DNA of 64,000 nucleotides, from contig CAVTON010000001.1 in NCBI GenBank assembly GCA_963736455.1, positions 1,447,221 through 1,511,220 on the forward strand, in the 5' to 3' direction. This DNA is from an uncultured Acidobacteriota bacterium. Its GTDB lineage: Bacteria; Acidobacteriota; Thermoanaerobaculia; UBA5066; Gp7-AA6. Below are positions 1 to 8,596 of this stretch, piece by piece. The notes under the pieces are model-generated. The model was not told where the DNA came from. It did not search any database and worked only from the letters and a program-made list of their open reading frames with translations. Position numbers and translations under genes: made by a program. Position 1 is the stretch's first letter. Each line of letters begins with the position of its first letter.

Positions 1-507
1 GCGACGGCGACGCGGACGCCGACGCCCGGCTCGGGCATCGGCGCCGACCTTCGCGTCTCGAAGACGGTTTCCCGCAACCCTGCCCTGCCCGGGCAGACGT
101 TGACGTACACGATTCGGGTCATCAACGCGGGTCCCGACGCGGCCGCCGACGTCGCCCTGACCGACCCGCTGCCGTCGAACACGACCTACGTTTCCTGTTC
201 GACCAGCGTCGGAACCTGCACCGGCCCGGCGGTGGGATCGACCGGAACGGTGACGGCGGCGATGGGTACTCTTGCCGCCGGCGACGTCGCGACCGTGGCA
301 ATCGTCGTCCAGGTCGCCGCGGACTACGGCAACCTGGTCAACACGGCGACCGCCACGTCCTCGACGCCCGACCCCGACCCGGGGAACAACACGTCCACGG
401 CCGTCACGACGATCAACTCGGGGATCCCGATGCTGACCCCGCCCTGGTTGGTCCTCCTGACGCTCCTTCTCGCCGCCGCGGGTCTCGGCTTCATCCGCCG
501 CGAGTAG
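1..507 (+). CDS. DUF11 (conserved repeat domain) surface protein, 3' fragment with the 5' end outside the window; ends in an IPTL-CTERM-like sorting tail
   Basis: Frame 1 is open from nt 1 (..GADLRVSKTVSRNPALPGQTLTYTIRVINAGPDAAADVALTDPLPSNTTYVS..), which is the DUF11 repeat pattern. The C-terminus GIPMLTPPWLVLLTLLLAAAGLGFIRRE is IP(T/M)L plus a hydrophobic helix plus basic residues. Confidence 0.7.
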   Translation, partial: ATATRTPTPGSGIGADLRVSKTVSRNPALPGQTLTYTIRVINAGPDAAADVALTDPLPSNTTYVSCSTSVGTCTGPAVGSTGTVTAAMGTLAAGDVATVAIVVQVAADYGNLVNTATATSSTPDPDPGNNTSTAVTTINSGIPMLTPPWLVLLTLLLAAAGLGFIRRE

Positions 508-572
508 CCCGAGCCGCCGGCCGCCTGCGGCGCGGCGGACCTGCCCCGCGCGTCCTGCCATAGACTCCCGCC

Positions 573-1208
573 ATGTTCTCCTCGGCCGACGCGAAGTTCG
601 TCGTGCTCGCCTTCTCGTCGCTCTTCTCGGTCATCAATCCTATCGAGGCGGCTCCCCTCTTCGTCTCCCTGACGGCGGGAGAGCCGGAGACCCGACGCCG
701 GATGGCATTCCGCGCGAGCTTCGCGGCGGCGCTGATCCTCGCGATCTTCGCGCTGACCGGGGGCGCGATCTTTTCGGCGTTTGGAATCACTCTGCCCGCG
801 TTCCAGATCGCGGGCGGCATCCTCTTCACGAGCATGGGGCTGCGCACGCTCGCCGAGGACGACCGCCCCGATCGGACTCCGGCGGTCGTCACCCGGGATC
901 CGTCGATCGTCCCGCTCGGGATGCCGCTCATCGCCGGACCGGGAGCGATCTCCGCCGTCATGGTCCTCGTCGGTCAGGCGCGTGACGGCGGTCACAGGGT
1001 GGCGCTCGCGCTCGCGATCGCCGCGAACATCCTCCTGACGCTCCTGATCCTGCTCGCCGCGCCCGTCCTCGTCTCTCGAATCGGCGTGACGGGCCAGCGC
1101 ATCGTCTCCAAAATCATGGGTTTGATCACCGCCGTCATCGGCGTCCAGTTCGTTCTGAACGGCGTCGAGACGGTCGCCCTCTCGATCCTCCGGTCCGCGC
1201 GCACCTGA
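573..1208 (+). CDS. MarC family (UPF0056) integral membrane protein
   Basis: 211-aa multi-pass hydrophobic ORF. FSSLFSVINPIEAAPLFVSLT and IAGPGAISAVMVL resemble MarC-family signatures. Confidence 0.85.
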   Translation: MFSSADAKFVVLAFSSLFSVINPIEAAPLFVSLTAGEPETRRRMAFRASFAAALILAIFALTGGAIFSAFGITLPAFQIAGGILFTSMGLRTLAEDDRPDRTPAVVTRDPSIVPLGMPLIAGPGAISAVMVLVGQARDGGHRVALALAIAANILLTLLILLAAPVLVSRIGVTGQRIVSKIMGLITAVIGVQFVLNGVETVALSILRSART

Positions 1209-1214
1209 CGGGGA

Positions 1215-1251
1215 CCTGTCCTTCGCGTCCCGGAACGCGAAAAAGGACAGG
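1215..1251 (+). terminator. Imperfect GC-rich hairpin after the MarC gene; possible terminator, no U-tract
   Basis: cctgtccttcgcg ... cgcgaaaaaggacagg form inverted arms 7 nt after the stop codon. No T-run follows. Confidence 0.25.
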
Positions 1252-1273
1252 AGACGCAAAGGCCTGACGTCTC

Positions 1274-1279
1274 TATAAT
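1274..1279 (+). promoter_or_regulatory. Candidate -10 box (perfect TATAAT) for the REC-PAS-GGDEF-EAL gene
   Basis: TATAAT lies in an intergenic region of otherwise GC-rich DNA, 15 nt upstream of the ATG at 1294. There is only a weak -35 (GAGACG). Confidence 0.3.
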
Positions 1280-1293
1280 TTGTTCATCCGACA

Positions 1294-4158
1294 ATGAGTG
1301 TTCCTGTTCGGGCCCTGCTGGTGGACGAGCGTGCGTCCAGCACCCGGCTCCTCTCGGAGGAGCTCGCGCGGGGCGGATTCGACGCCGCCCTGGAACGCGT
1401 GGCCTCGCGATCCGATTTCGAGAAGGCGCTCTCGGCCGGCGGCTTCGACGTCGTTCTCTCGGACCTGTCCGCGGCGGGACTGAGCGCCCTCGACGCGCTC
1501 GCTCTCCTCAAGCAGCACGACCTCGACGTGCCCTTCCTCGTCGTGGCGGAATCGGTGGGCGAGGAGGCCGCGGTCCAGGCGATGAAGGCCGGAGCGCAGA
1601 ACTGCATCGGCCACGCGAGCCTCTCGCGCCTGAGCCCGATCCTCGAGCGCGAGCTTCGGGAAGCCGCCATCCGGCGCGAGCGCCGTGCGGCGCAGCAGGC
1701 GCTCTCCGAGAGCGAGCTGCGCCTGCGCGGCCTCGCCGACTCGGCCCCCGACTCGATCCTGATCGCGGATGCCTCCGGAACCGTTCTCTTCGCGAACCGC
1801 GCGGCCGGCATCCTGTTCGGCCACCCGCCCGCCGCCCTGATCGGGCGGCCGATGATCTCGCTTCTGCCCGACTACGCCTCACGGGTCTCGGGCCCCGCGG
1901 CTGACCCGTCGCTTCCGGTTCCGGCCATCGGGCAGGATGCCTCGGGACGGCCGATCGGCCTCGAAATCGTGCTCGGCGAGCTCTTCCGCGATGGCAAACG
2001 GCTCACGATGATCTTCGCTCGAGGACTCGAGGAGGCGTCGCGACCCGACATCGTGACGCTGCGTCAGTCGGAGGAGATCTTCCGCCGGGCGGCGCTGATG
2101 GCCGCCGACCTCGTCCACGATTGCGACCGGACCTCGGGCGGGATCCAGTGGTATGGGGACGTCGACCGCGTTCTCGGATGCGCCCCCGGAGAGTTTCCCC
2201 GGACGGTCGAAGCGTGGGAGAAAGTCATTCACCCCGAGGATCGGGGCCGGGTCACGTCGGCCGCGCTCCGTCACTTCCAGACGGGCGAGCCTTTTTTCGA
2301 AGAGTACCGCGTCCAGACGCACGATGGCCGAACGGTCCACTGGCACCACGCGGGCAGCCTCCTGGCGTCGGAAGGCGGCCGTCCGGCGCGCAGCATCGCC
2401 ACGATCTCCGACATCAGCGGCCGCCGCCAGATCGAAGAGGCCCTGAAGGTCTCGGAACGGCGTTACCGTGCGCTCTTCGAGAGAAATCTCGCCGGCGTGT
2501 ACCGGTCCACGATCGAGGGCCGCATTCTCGACTGCAACGAGTCCTTCGCCCGGATTTTCGGATGCTCGTCGCGCGAGGAGGTCCTTCGGCAGGTCGCCTG
2601 GGACTTCTACGTCAAGCCCGAGGACCGGCAGGCGGCGATCGCGAAGCTCGTCGAGCGCCAGAGCCTGACGAACTACGAGCTCTGTCTGCGCCGCAAGGAC
2701 GGCAGCCTCGTCTGGGTGCTGCAGAACGAGAACCTCGCCGAGGGGCCGGACGGCCTGCTTTCGGTCATCGAAGGCACGATCATCGACATCAGCGAGCGCA
2801 AGCGCGCCGAGGAACAGGTCAAGCACCTCGCGTTCCACGATCCGCTCACGAACCTCCCCAACCGCCTGCTCTTCAACGACCGCCTGACTCTCGCCGTCGC
2901 CCAGGCCCACCGGCACAACCAGCGCCTCGCCGTTCTCTTCCTCGACCTCGACCGCTTCAAGACGATCAACGATTCCCTCGGCCACTCGGTCGGCGACGAG
3001 CTGCTGCGCCAGGTCGCGGAGAGGATTCAGGAGTACGTGCGCGAGGGCGACACGGTGGCGCGGCTCGGCGGCGACGAGTTCACGCTTCTCGTCCCCGGCA
3101 TCACCGCCGAAGAAGACGCCGCCAAGATCGCGCGCAAGATCTGCGAGGCGATCCACGACCCCTTCTGGATCGACGGCCGGGAGCTCTTCGTGACGACCAG
3201 CGTCGGCGTCTCGGTCTACCCCTCCGACGGGCACGACTCCGAAAGCCTCGTCCGCAACGCCGACTCGGCCATGTACCGCGCCAAGGAGCAGGGCCGGGAC
3301 AACTATCAGCTCTATACGCCGGCGATGAACGCGAAAGCGGTCGAGCGCCTGTCCCTCGAGAGCCGCCTGCGCCAGGCGATCGCCAACGACGAGCTGGAGC
3401 TTCATTTCCAACCCTTCATCGATCTGAAGACCGCCGAGCTCCTCGGCGCCGAGGCGCTGATCCGGTGGCGTCATCCGGAGCTCGGCCTGATTCCCCCCGG
3501 CGAGTTCATCCCCATCGCCGAGCTCTCGGGCCTCATCGTTCCGATCGGCGAGTGGGTCCTCCGCACCGCCTGCGCCGAGGCGCGCAAGTGGCACCAGAAG
3601 GGGTTCCAGGACCTGACCGTTTCGGTCAACCTCTCGAGCCGCCAGTTCCAGCAGACCGACCTCGTCAGTCAGGTGACCCACGCCCTCGACGAGACCGGCC
3701 TCGATCCGGACAAGCTCGACCTGGAGATCACCGAGTCGAACGCGATGCAGAACGCGGAGCACTCGATCAACACGCTCTGGGGCCTGAAGAAGCAGGGCGT
3801 TCGCATCTCGATGGACGATTTCGGCACCGGATATTCCTCTCTCAACTACCTGAAGCGATTCCCGATCGACCGGATCAAGCTCGACCAGTCGTTCGTGCGC
3901 GACCTGCCCAGCGACAAGGACGACGCGGCCATCGCCATGGCCGTCATCGCGATGGGACGCAGCCTCGAGCTCGTCGTCATCGCGGAGGGCGTCGAGACCG
4001 AGGAACAGCTCGCGTTCCTGAAGGGCCACGAATGCGATCAGCTCCAGGGCTTCCTGCTTTCGAAACCGCTGGCGGCCGAGGCCTTCGACCGGTTTCTCGA
4101 CGACAGCCGCGAACCCCAGGCGACCCGCGAGCGCGCGCGTTTCGCCCGAGCGAGCTGA
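1294..4158 (+). CDS. Response-regulator receiver / PAS repeats / GGDEF / EAL cyclic-di-GMP turnover protein
   Basis: N-terminal receiver (..FDVVLSDLS..), PAS-like segments, then RLGGDEFTLL (GGDEF). EAL motifs present: EALIRWRHP, LDLEITES and DDFGTGYSSLNYL. Confidence 0.9.
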   Translation: MSVPVRALLVDERASSTRLLSEELARGGFDAALERVASRSDFEKALSAGGFDVVLSDLSAAGLSALDALALLKQHDLDVPFLVVAESVGEEAAVQAMKAGAQNCIGHASLSRLSPILERELREAAIRRERRAAQQALSESELRLRGLADSAPDSILIADASGTVLFANRAAGILFGHPPAALIGRPMISLLPDYASRVSGPAADPSLPVPAIGQDASGRPIGLEIVLGELFRDGKRLTMIFARGLEEASRPDIVTLRQSEEIFRRAALMAADLVHDCDRTSGGIQWYGDVDRVLGCAPGEFPRTVEAWEKVIHPEDRGRVTSAALRHFQTGEPFFEEYRVQTHDGRTVHWHHAGSLLASEGGRPARSIATISDISGRRQIEEALKVSERRYRALFERNLAGVYRSTIEGRILDCNESFARIFGCSSREEVLRQVAWDFYVKPEDRQAAIAKLVERQSLTNYELCLRRKDGSLVWVLQNENLAEGPDGLLSVIEGTIIDISERKRAEEQVKHLAFHDPLTNLPNRLLFNDRLTLAVAQAHRHNQRLAVLFLDLDRFKTINDSLGHSVGDELLRQVAERIQEYVREGDTVARLGGDEFTLLVPGITAEEDAAKIARKICEAIHDPFWIDGRELFVTTSVGVSVYPSDGHDSESLVRNADSAMYRAKEQGRDNYQLYTPAMNAKAVERLSLESRLRQAIANDELELHFQPFIDLKTAELLGAEALIRWRHPELGLIPPGEFIPIAELSGLIVPIGEWVLRTACAEARKWHQKGFQDLTVSVNLSSRQFQQTDLVSQVTHALDETGLDPDKLDLEITESNAMQNAEHSINTLWGLKKQGVRISMDDFGTGYSSLNYLKRFPIDRIKLDQSFVRDLPSDKDDAAIAMAVIAMGRSLELVVIAEGVETEEQLAFLKGHECDQLQGFLLSKPLAAEAFDRFLDDSREPQATRERARFARAS

Positions 4159-4185
4159 GACTTCGCCGCGCGGCGGCGCCCGGGG

Positions 4186-5136
4186 GTGCCGGGATCGGGC
4201 GCACTTCGGCTACTATGCGGCCTCGTGAGCTCCCCTCGGACAAGCCCCGACCCCGTGCGTCACCGGTCCATCTTCACTCCCAGCTCCTCGAGCGAGAGGT
4301 CGGAGAATTTCGAGTCCTACTGGGCGTTTACGCAGCGCCATGACGGCGAGATCCTCGAGGAACGCCGCGAGCTGAGCCGCAAGAACGAGCTGCTGGCCGG
4401 CTTCCAGAACGACCCCGTCCGCTCGCGGCGGCCGCTGCCGGACCCCGAGCTCTTCTACCGCAACTACGTGCACATGCGGGACGACCCCCGGAAGTTCGAC
4501 CGCAAGACGCTCCTCCTGACCTTCCTTTACAAGTTCGCGCGCCACGAGTGGGTCGGGATCTCGGCAGCCTGGGACCAGATTCCGACGATCGCCGAGTGCA
4601 CGAAGACGAGCGAGCGCATCAGCCGGTATCACCTCTGCGAGGAGTTCTGCCACGTCCGGCTCTTCCACGAGATGTTCCGGACGTTCCACCTCGACCGCGT
4701 CGAATGGGTCCCGCTCGGCAAGTGGATGGGACGCGTCTACCGTCTGTTCCCCAAGTTTCCCGAGTCCCTCATGTCGCCGCCGGCCTTCGTGAGCGAGCTG
4801 ATGGGGCTCATGCTCTACCTCCACATCGACGCGATCCTCGACGGCGTGTTTGCCGACGAGCCCGAGGCCCGGGATCGAGTCCGCGCCCTCCTGCGCGAGA
4901 TCATGACCGACGAGATGGCGCACGTCGGCCAGCGGCGCAACTTCATCGGGCCGGTGGGCCTCAAGGCGGCGCAGCTCATGGTCGAGCCGATGTTCCGACT
5001 CTTCTACCGCGACATCCCCGAGTCGAAGTATCTCTTCGACATCGACCGCATGGTCCAGGATGCCAGGGAGTTCGACTACGGCGTCATGCCCGCGGACGTG
5101 ATTCGGAGGAGCTGGATCCCGTCGTACTGTGAGTAA
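4186..5136 (+). CDS. Hypothetical protein with two E-x-x-H motifs (ferritin-like / diiron-carboxylate candidate)
   Basis: 316-aa ORF with GC-rich third codon positions. CEEFCH (aa 151-156) and DEMAH (aa 242-246) lie about 90 aa apart. The start is uncertain; a GTG at 4225 is an alternative. Confidence 0.55.
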   Translation: MPGSGALRLLCGLVSSPRTSPDPVRHRSIFTPSSSSERSENFESYWAFTQRHDGEILEERRELSRKNELLAGFQNDPVRSRRPLPDPELFYRNYVHMRDDPRKFDRKTLLLTFLYKFARHEWVGISAAWDQIPTIAECTKTSERISRYHLCEEFCHVRLFHEMFRTFHLDRVEWVPLGKWMGRVYRLFPKFPESLMSPPAFVSELMGLMLYLHIDAILDGVFADEPEARDRVRALLREIMTDEMAHVGQRRNFIGPVGLKAAQLMVEPMFRLFYRDIPESKYLFDIDRMVQDAREFDYGVMPADVIRRSWIPSYCE

Positions 5137-5170
5137 CGTCGCCTCCGCTCCGTGAGGAGGTCTGGGCGCC

Positions 5171-5296
5171 TTGCGGCGCGCACCGCCGGGCGGCTCGCCT
5201 GATGGCTCGACCGCCCGGCTGACCTCCTCACTGCGCTCCGGCTCCCGCGGCGTGAGCCTCCACCTTCGCTTCGCTCGGGTGACTTCTCACGCCGCG
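5171..5296 (+). repeat. Copy 1 of a dispersed palindromic intergenic repeat (REP/MITE-like)
   Basis: The 58-nt core 5239-5296 matches the reverse complement of 28518-28575 at 57/58 positions by manual alignment. The core is a hairpin (gcggcgtgag ... ctcacgccgc). Its left part also resembles 28209-28288. Confidence 0.65.
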
Positions 5297-5463
5297 AACG
5301 TCACCAACAGTGCCGCGCGTCGACTCCTACTCCCTCGCCCCCCGCAAGGGGGGAGCACATGGAGGGCCGGCCGCGGCCAGAGGCCGCGTCTCGCGCAGCG
5401 AGCGGCCGGCGGGGGTGAGGGGGAGGACTAAACACCCTCCGTCGTCAGACAGGATTGTTCGCT

Positions 5464-5919
5464 CTAACTACCGCGCACCATTTCGAAGCCGTCCAGGCCG
5501 CGACCGTAGTATCCGCGCAGGAGGCGCGTCTTCTCGAATCCCAGCTGCTCGTAGAACCGGATGGCTCCGGCGTTGCGGACGTCCACCTCGAGCCGAATCC
5601 GCCGGGCGCCGTCGTCGCCGAGCCGCCGGAAGATCTCGCCGAAGAGCCGCCGGCCGAGGCCGCGCCGCCGGACGGCCTCCGCGACGTCGATCGTGACGAC
5701 GTGGCCGCGCTGACCGCGCCGCTCCGCGATCGCGAATCCCACGAGACGGCCTCGGGACTCGGCGGCGAGCGCGATCGCTCCGGGGCGCGAAAAGAACGAC
5801 CGGATCTCGGCGCGCGAGTACGCGATGGCCGGCTCGAAGCACTCCTGATCGAGCGCCCACGCGTCCTCGAGATCGTCCGCGGCGAGGTCGCGGAGGACGA
5901 CCGCGGCCCGCGCGGTCAC
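5464..5919 (-). CDS. rimI: GNAT N-acetyltransferase, RimI-like (ribosomal-protein-alanine acetyltransferase)
   Basis: 151-aa C-terminal part of track ORF 5464..6546: ..GFAIAERRGQRGHVVTIDVAEAVRRRGLGRRLF..AIRFYEQLGFEK (GNAT acetyl-CoA motif). The GTG start at 5919 overlaps the smpB stop (GTGA). Confidence 0.8.
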   Translation of the reverse strand: MTARAAVVLRDLAADDLEDAWALDQECFEPAIAYSRAEIRSFFSRPGAIALAAESRGRLVGFAIAERRGQRGHVVTIDVAEAVRRRGLGRRLFGEIFRRLGDDGARRIRLEVDVRNAGAIRFYEQLGFEKTRLLRGYYGRGLDGFEMVRGS

Positions 5920-6398
5920 CGGCGCCGCATGTCCCGGTCCGCTTCCCGCTTGAGATCGCGGTCGCGGATCGCGTCGCGCTTGTCGTGAAGCTTCTTGCCC
6001 TTGACCAGGGCGATCTCCGCCTTCACGTGAGAGCCCTTGAAATAGAGAGACAGCGGCACGCAGGCCACGCCCTTGGTCGCCACGGCTCCCGCCCAGCGGT
6101 CGAGCTCCCGGCGGTGCAGCAGGAGCTTTCGGTCCCGTTCGGGAAGATGATTGGTCCACGACCCGGCCGCGTAAGCCGAAATGTGCGCCCCGACGAGGAA
6201 GGCCTCTCCATCCCGGAAATGGACGTACGAGTCCTTCAGCTGCGCCCGGCCCTCCCGCAGCGACTTGACCTCGGTGCCCGTCAGCGCCAACCCGGCCTCG
6301 GTCCGGTCGTCGATGAAGTAGTCGTGGAAGGCTTTCTTGTTGGTCGCGACAACCTTGACCGTGGAGGACCTTATGGAGGGGGGAGGCTTGGGTTTCAT
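5916..6398 (-). CDS. smpB: SsrA-binding protein SmpB
   Basis: VATNKKAFHDYFIDDRTEAGLALTGTEVKSLREG..LLLHRRELDRW.. is a classic SmpB sequence. I chose the ATG at 6398 (MKPKPP..) rather than the track start at 6449. Confidence 0.9.
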   Translation of the reverse strand: MKPKPPPSIRSSTVKVVATNKKAFHDYFIDDRTEAGLALTGTEVKSLREGRAQLKDSYVHFRDGEAFLVGAHISAYAAGSWTNHLPERDRKLLLHRRELDRWAGAVATKGVACVPLSLYFKGSHVKAEIALVKGKKLHDKRDAIRDRDLKREADRDMRRR

Positions 6399-6616
6399 GA
6401 GGGGCAGGGAGTCTAACCCGCCCGGCTTGCCGGGTTTGCGACGGCGCAAGTTGGCTCAAATCTGGCATCAGCCGGCTCCGTATATGTACAGCAGGGCCGA
6501 CCGAAAAAACCGATGGGTATGCTAAGCTTTTCTGGAATAACGACATAGGGGACGAGAGTTCTCCGCGGCGAAATCGGCACTGTTACCGCAGCAGAGCGGC
6601 TTACGTTAGACAAGGC

Positions 6617-7525
6617 ATGAGACAGCAGGCAACACTGCGTACGACCGTCTCGATCGATGGCGTTGGCCTCCATTCCGGCCATCCCGTTCGAGCCCATTTC
6701 CATCCCGCACCCGTCGACCATGGGCTCATTTTCCTGCGCCGCGAGCATTCCGAGCAGGTCATCCCGGCCGAGCTCGACTCGGCGGCGACGTTCGACTACG
6801 CGACCACCCTCAAGCGCGGCACCGTGTCGATCGGAACCGTCGAGCACGTCCTGGCCGCGGCAGCCGGCCTGGGCCTCGACAACTGCCTGATCGAGATCGA
6901 AGGCCCCGAGGTCCCGATCCTGGACGGGTCGGCTCTCCCCTTCGTCCGGCTTTTCCACGCGGCGGGATTCGAGCGACAGGACGCCCTCGTCCGGCCCTTC
7001 GAGCTCGGCCGGTCCGTCGAGATCTCACACGACGACAAGCAGATGTCCTACGAGCCGGGCGGCAGCGGCCTGACGATCACCTACGAAATCGACTTCCCGC
7101 ACCCGTTCGTCGGCCAGCAGGAGTTGACGTTTTCCGTCCGCCCCGAGGAATTCGCCTCGCGGATCGCGCCGGCCCGAACGTTCGGCTTCGCCCGCGAGGT
7201 CGCGCAGCTGCGCGCCCGCGGCCTCGCCCGGGGCGGCAGCCTGCACAACGCCGTCGTCCTGGACGACACGGGGATTCTCTCGGGTCCCCTGCGCTTCCGG
7301 GACGAGTTCGTCCGCCACAAGGTGCTCGATCTCATCGGCGATCTCGCCCTCCTCGGCCGCCCGCTGAACGGACGCATTCACGCGCGCAAGGCCGGACACG
7401 CGGTCCACGTGGAGTTCGCACGGGCCCTGAACGCCGCGCTCTCGAGCCCCGCTCTCGAGTTCCTCGACGACGAGGCCGAAGGATTCGAGGCGCCGGGAAG
7501 GCGCGAGAGGCTCTCCCGCTCCTGA
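6617..7525 (+). CDS. lpxC: UDP-3-O-acyl-N-acetylglucosamine deacetylase
   Basis: ..TVSIDGVGLHSGHPV.., ..TFGFAREV.., HNAVVLDD and FVRHKVLDLIGDLALLG are LpxC hallmarks. Confidence 0.92.
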   Translation: MRQQATLRTTVSIDGVGLHSGHPVRAHFHPAPVDHGLIFLRREHSEQVIPAELDSAATFDYATTLKRGTVSIGTVEHVLAAAAGLGLDNCLIEIEGPEVPILDGSALPFVRLFHAAGFERQDALVRPFELGRSVEISHDDKQMSYEPGGSGLTITYEIDFPHPFVGQQELTFSVRPEEFASRIAPARTFGFAREVAQLRARGLARGGSLHNAVVLDDTGILSGPLRFRDEFVRHKVLDLIGDLALLGRPLNGRIHARKAGHAVHVEFARALNAALSSPALEFLDDEAEGFEAPGRRERLSRS

Positions 7526-7611
7526 CGGTCCGCGGCGGGCCGCTGTTCCTTTTCGCCTCCCGGCCCTCGGTTCCCTCGGCCCGGAAGGCGACGCGGCGTT
7601 CTCCCGCCGCG

Positions 7612-8511
7612 TTAATCCTCCAGCAGCTTCGTCTCGAGAACCTGCTCGGCCGTGAAGCGCTCGAGCCGCAGGTAGTGCTCCGCGGCGGCGAACAGCGCGT
7701 CGGCCGGCGTCAACCCGACGATCTCGGAGCCGACGATCGGTACACCGTGGCGCTCCGCCTCGGAGCGCACGCACTCGAAGACACGGTGAAGCGGCGTCTT
7801 GCGGAAGTTCGTCATGTTGATCGACACCTGGACGATTCCCCGGTCGGCCAGCTCGACCCCCATGGCCTTCACGAACCGGAACCCGCCCGAGAGGTGGCGG
7901 ATCGCTTTCGCGATGCGGTCGGCGACGGCCAGGTCCTTCGTTCCCAGGTTGACGTTGTAGGCGATCAGGAAAGGCCGGGCGCCGATCGCCACCGCGCCCG
8001 CGGTCGGGTGCGGCGCCGGGGGCCCGAAGTCGGGAGCCCAGCGCGGATCCTTCATCTTGTCGGCGAAGCCCTCGAACTGCCCCTTCCGGACCTCGGCGAG
8101 ATTGCGGCGGTGCTCGGCGGCGGCGGAGTCCTCGTAGAGAAACACGGGGATGCCGAACTCGGCCGCGACGGCCTCGCCGACGTCGCGGGAGAGTGCCACG
8201 CACGCCTCGACCGTGCTGCCCCGCACCGGAATGAAGGGAACGACGTCGACGGCCCCCATGCGCGGGTGCTCGCCGCGGTGCGTCCGAAGATCGATCCGCC
8301 GGATCGCCTCGCGAAAGAGGCCGAGGACTCCCGCCTTCACCGCGGCGCCGTCGCCGACGAAGGTCAGAACGCTGCGGTTGTGCGAACCGTCGGACGAGAC
8401 GTCGAGCAGACGCAGTCCGGGCGCCGCACGCACCGCGGCGGCCATCGCGTCGATCGCGGCTCGATCCCGGCCCTCGGACACGTTGGGCACGCACTCGATG
8501 ATCGTTCTCAT
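7612..8511 (-). CDS. Glutamate formimidoyltransferase (FtcD N-terminal-type, stand-alone)
   Basis: MRTIIECVPNVSEGRD.. is the formiminotransferase N-terminal signature. The 299-aa length fits the transferase domain alone. Confidence 0.85.
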   Translation of the reverse strand: MRTIIECVPNVSEGRDRAAIDAMAAAVRAAPGLRLLDVSSDGSHNRSVLTFVGDGAAVKAGVLGLFREAIRRIDLRTHRGEHPRMGAVDVVPFIPVRGSTVEACVALSRDVGEAVAAEFGIPVFLYEDSAAAEHRRNLAEVRKGQFEGFADKMKDPRWAPDFGPPAPHPTAGAVAIGARPFLIAYNVNLGTKDLAVADRIAKAIRHLSGGFRFVKAMGVELADRGIVQVSINMTNFRKTPLHRVFECVRSEAERHGVPIVGSEIVGLTPADALFAAAEHYLRLERFTAEQVLETKLLED

Positions 8512-8533
8512 GTAAGTTCCTGACGGGTCAGTT

Positions 8534-8539
8534 TATAAT
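8534..8539 (+). promoter_or_regulatory. Candidate -10 box (perfect TATAAT) upstream of the TPR/RDD/nadE/MT/GT2 gene string
   Basis: TATAAT lies in the divergent intergenic region 8512-8596, 58 nt before the start at 8597. There is no convincing -35. Confidence 0.25.
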
Positions 8540-8596
8540 CTCCCGCATCGTGCACGAGACAATCCGAGCCCTCCCGGCGGCCTCGGGGAGGGGCGC

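Noticed and set aside
1879-4343. Very long ORFs overlapping the GGDEF-EAL gene (1879..4029 minus, 716 aa; 2121..4343 plus, 740 aa). Similar giants occur elsewhere: 8876..10942 (-), 8719..10965 (+), 23733..25994 (+), 33438..35570 (-), 42185..44533 (+), 44740..46143 (+) and 61429..63168 (-).
   Set aside because: Their translations are Arg/Pro/Gly/Ala-dominated with no domain signatures. Each overlaps a gene with clear family motifs in another frame or strand. Stop-codon-poor shadow frames are expected in DNA this GC-rich.
5137-5463. Protein-coding ORFs inside the repeat-rich gaps (5171..5431, 5310..5696, 28204..28512, 28412..28690, the 5' part of 28524..29615 and 28431..29306).
   Set aside because: They are generated by the palindromic repeat itself; the same peptide ..GVSLHLRFA.VTSHAA appears from both strands at the two loci. 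They have no Shine-Dalgarno sequence and a biased composition. Non-coding repeat DNA is the simpler explanation.
6399-6616. Possible tmRNA (ssrA) or other ncRNA next to smpB in the relatively AT-richer divergent spacer.
   Set aside because: I found no tRNA-like acceptor/T-arm ends (no GGGG..start, no GGTTCGA..CCA end) and no tag-peptide reading frame. It looks like an ordinary divergent promoter region for smpB and lpxC.
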